From: Ramazzottius varieornatus
Taxonomy: Eukaryota > Animalia > Tardigrada
Reading direction: 5' to 3'
NCBI GenBank assembly: GCA_001949185.1
Contig: BDGG01000005.1
Span: 1,167,249 to 1,231,248 of the forward strand
DNA length: 64,000 bases
A program made the translations under genes and the position numbers. Under the pieces are notes generated by a model. It was not told where the DNA came from. It made no database searches and worked only from the letters and a program-made list of their open reading frames with translations. This document shows, one piece after another, positions 62,101-64,000 of the stretch. How positions within the stretch are numbered: the stretch's first letter is position 1; every line of letters begins with the position of its first letter.

Positions 62101-64000
62101 ATGTGACGATGGCCACTTTGGACGAGCAACCCTACATTCCTGACCAGAAGTCAGCCAGCGAGCTCCGACAGCAACACTCGGCGGTCAGCGACGACATTCG
62201 CTCCCACGATCCCGAGTTCGATAGCGTTGAAGAGCTGGGCAAGAAGTCGGTGAAAGCCAACCCGGCTTACGAACCGGAAGCCAAACAAATTTTCGAACAG
62301 CTTCAGGTATACGCTAGTCACAATAATCTGTCCATTGCTACTTGACTTCATGTGTTCTGACGAGGTTTTTTTTCAGGCTTTGAGGAAAGAACTGAGCAGA
62401 AAAGCAACCGAGAAAGAAAAGGCTCTCGAGTACGTAGAGTCGTTGCTCGAAACCAGCCGAAAAGTCAACCGAGCGCTTGACGAGATCCACCGTCTAGAGA
62501 ACATCCTGGCCGAGCAACCAGAGGTTGGATCCAGTCATGCCGAAGTGGAAACTCTGCTTCGTCGTCATGAAGACCTCAACGCTGACTTGAACGCGACGGC
62601 TCAACGTAACGCGAAGGTACTTGATGCCGGTCTGACTTTAATCAACGCTCCGCCGAACAACCACAACCTGATTCACAAGCCCCACGACAAAGTGTCGTCC
62701 TCGCTGATCGAACTGCAAGAAGCTCTAGGCAGGTTCGCCGATCTTCATGGCCAAGCAGAGAAAAGAAAGGCGATGTTGGAAGACTCGCTGGGCTTTCAGT
62801 CGTGGAAGGCCGATGTGGACGAGATCAACCACTGGATGGATGGGCTTCTACCGACGATGAACGCGGAGCCTTCGGAAGAAGAACTGAGCTCGGAAAAAGG
62901 ATACCGAAAGCACGCCAAACAGGTACGTGGAAATTCTCATTTTAGCACTGCGGCACAGCCCTGACTGTATGATGGGTTGCGCAACAAGGCCGTGCCGTAA
63001 GTTTATCGAGTTGTTCGCAGGTCGCTGAAATCAACGCCAACACTGAGCTCATCAAAGAGCTTTCCAGTGATGGAAAAGCCATGATCGTCGCTCGGCACTT
63101 CGCTTCGCCGACGATCACGACCTCGTTGGAGCAGATGCTGACTTCGTGGACCGACTTGACGAACCTTGCGGAGCTGAGGAACCAGAAGTTCGAGCAGGCC
63201 GCCAAGGCTCGTGGCTTCTTCGGTAACGTCGACAAGGCCAATTCTCGACTAACGCAGATACAGCTGATGCTGGAGCAGAAGGACGGTATGGACGAGAATG
63301 CCGATCCGCGGAAACTGAGGAACGAGCTGAAGAACGCGGAATCGAACATCAAGCACGCTGAAGAGATGGTGGAGCTGGTCAAGAACGACGCAGAGTTCTT
63401 GGCAGCCAACAACCACTTCAACGGGCCGAAATTGCTGCAGAGAGCGAAAGAACTGGACGTCCAGCTGAAGAAGCTGCAAGAACCCGCCAAGGTTTGTATA
63501 TTCCTTTGAATTCCAAAAATCCGCACCTTTCTTTTTATCGGCGATCCTTTTCTCTCGGTAAAAGAAGCGTACTCTTTTGTACACCTGCGTACATGGCGCA
63601 TCGCATTCGCTGTGCTTCGCTAGCATGCAGGTTCATGTTATATGGCTGTGTTCTGTGTGATACCGACGAGCCGTGGTGTGGCAGTGGGTCTTGCACCTGC
63701 ATGCACTGAATGTCATAGAAGGGCGTCTATGTATGTGTGTGTGGCCTGGACAGCTTGTCGTTCGAATTTTTAATGTGGGTTGTTGTACAGCGTCGGTGGG
63801 CGGAGTTGGACGAAATTGTGAAGAAGACTCGTATTGTCAGCGACCTCGAGAGAGAACGTTCTTGGATCGAAGAGCGACTCGAAATCGTCTCCCGCTCAAA
63901 CGTCGGTAAGACACTGAACGAAAGCGCCTCCCTCCTCGCCAAACTCGATGGCCTTCAAGCTGAAGTCCAGGCACACGAACCAGCTTTCCAGCGAGTGTTG
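56153..64000 (+). CDS. kst: Beta-heavy spectrin (karst/SMA-1/SPTBN5 type), 5' part, runs off the window
   Basis: [27 protein letters not shown], tandem CH domains ([25 protein letters not shown]; [13 protein letters not shown]; [15 protein letters not shown]), spectrin repeats, and an internal SH3 at ~60473-60630, the beta-H hallmark. Confidence 0.88.
59495..59610. mobile_element. Family-1 palindromic element (spectrin intron)
   Basis: AAGTTGCGTAT-N25-GTGCGCCAGTTGG...GAGTTTTTTTGCCGA. Confidence 0.7.
61038..61143. mobile_element. Family-1 palindromic element (spectrin intron)
   Basis: CTGGGAGCTCGGCAAA...AAGTGACGCAC-N25-GTGCGCTACTTGG. Confidence 0.78.
63583..63744. repeat. Family-2 motifs in spectrin intron (a further pair at 61845/61884)
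   Basis: ACCTGCGTACA at 63583 with AGCATGCAGGT at 63622 (39 apart); ACCTGCATGCA at 63695. Confidence 0.6.

Overview
This is eukaryotic, animal DNA from a compact, gene-dense genome with short GT-AG introns; it contains no CRISPR array, operon, rRNA or tRNA. The lineage cannot be established from the sequence; a small-genome invertebrate such as a tardigrade is only an impression from the F-box gene style. Genes in order: 3' part of ATAD5/ELG1 (+); a decayed DDX47 last-exon relic with other pseudogenic debris (-); PTPN4/PTPMEG (+); an orphan basic protein (-); RpS11 (-), hosting an intronic box C/D snoRNA matching SNORD35/snR73; PCNA (+); TMEM177 (-); a secreted ricin-B-type lectin-like protein (+); ABCB6/HMT-1 (-); a GH37 trehalase with no signal peptide (-); an F-box protein (+); two tandem intronless secreted catalase-superfamily-like paralogs (-), one with a single TGA at a Trp codon; a short SLX4-like gene with only UBZ and MLR regions (-); RTRAF (+); nuclear receptor Hr83/NR2E5 (-); TRMT6 (-); and the 5' part of beta-heavy spectrin (+). 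The most striking non-coding structure is two dispersed palindromic element families, mostly intronic. Family 1 has 14 copies of a ~130-bp fold-back with core GTGGCGCAC-N25-GTGCGCCAC. Family 2 has ACCTGCATACA...TGTATGCAGGT pairs at fixed 38-40 nt start-to-start spacing. Two further MITE-like insertions have clear terminal inverted repeats. Family names are from recalled sequence motifs, not database searches, and exon coordinates were read by eye.
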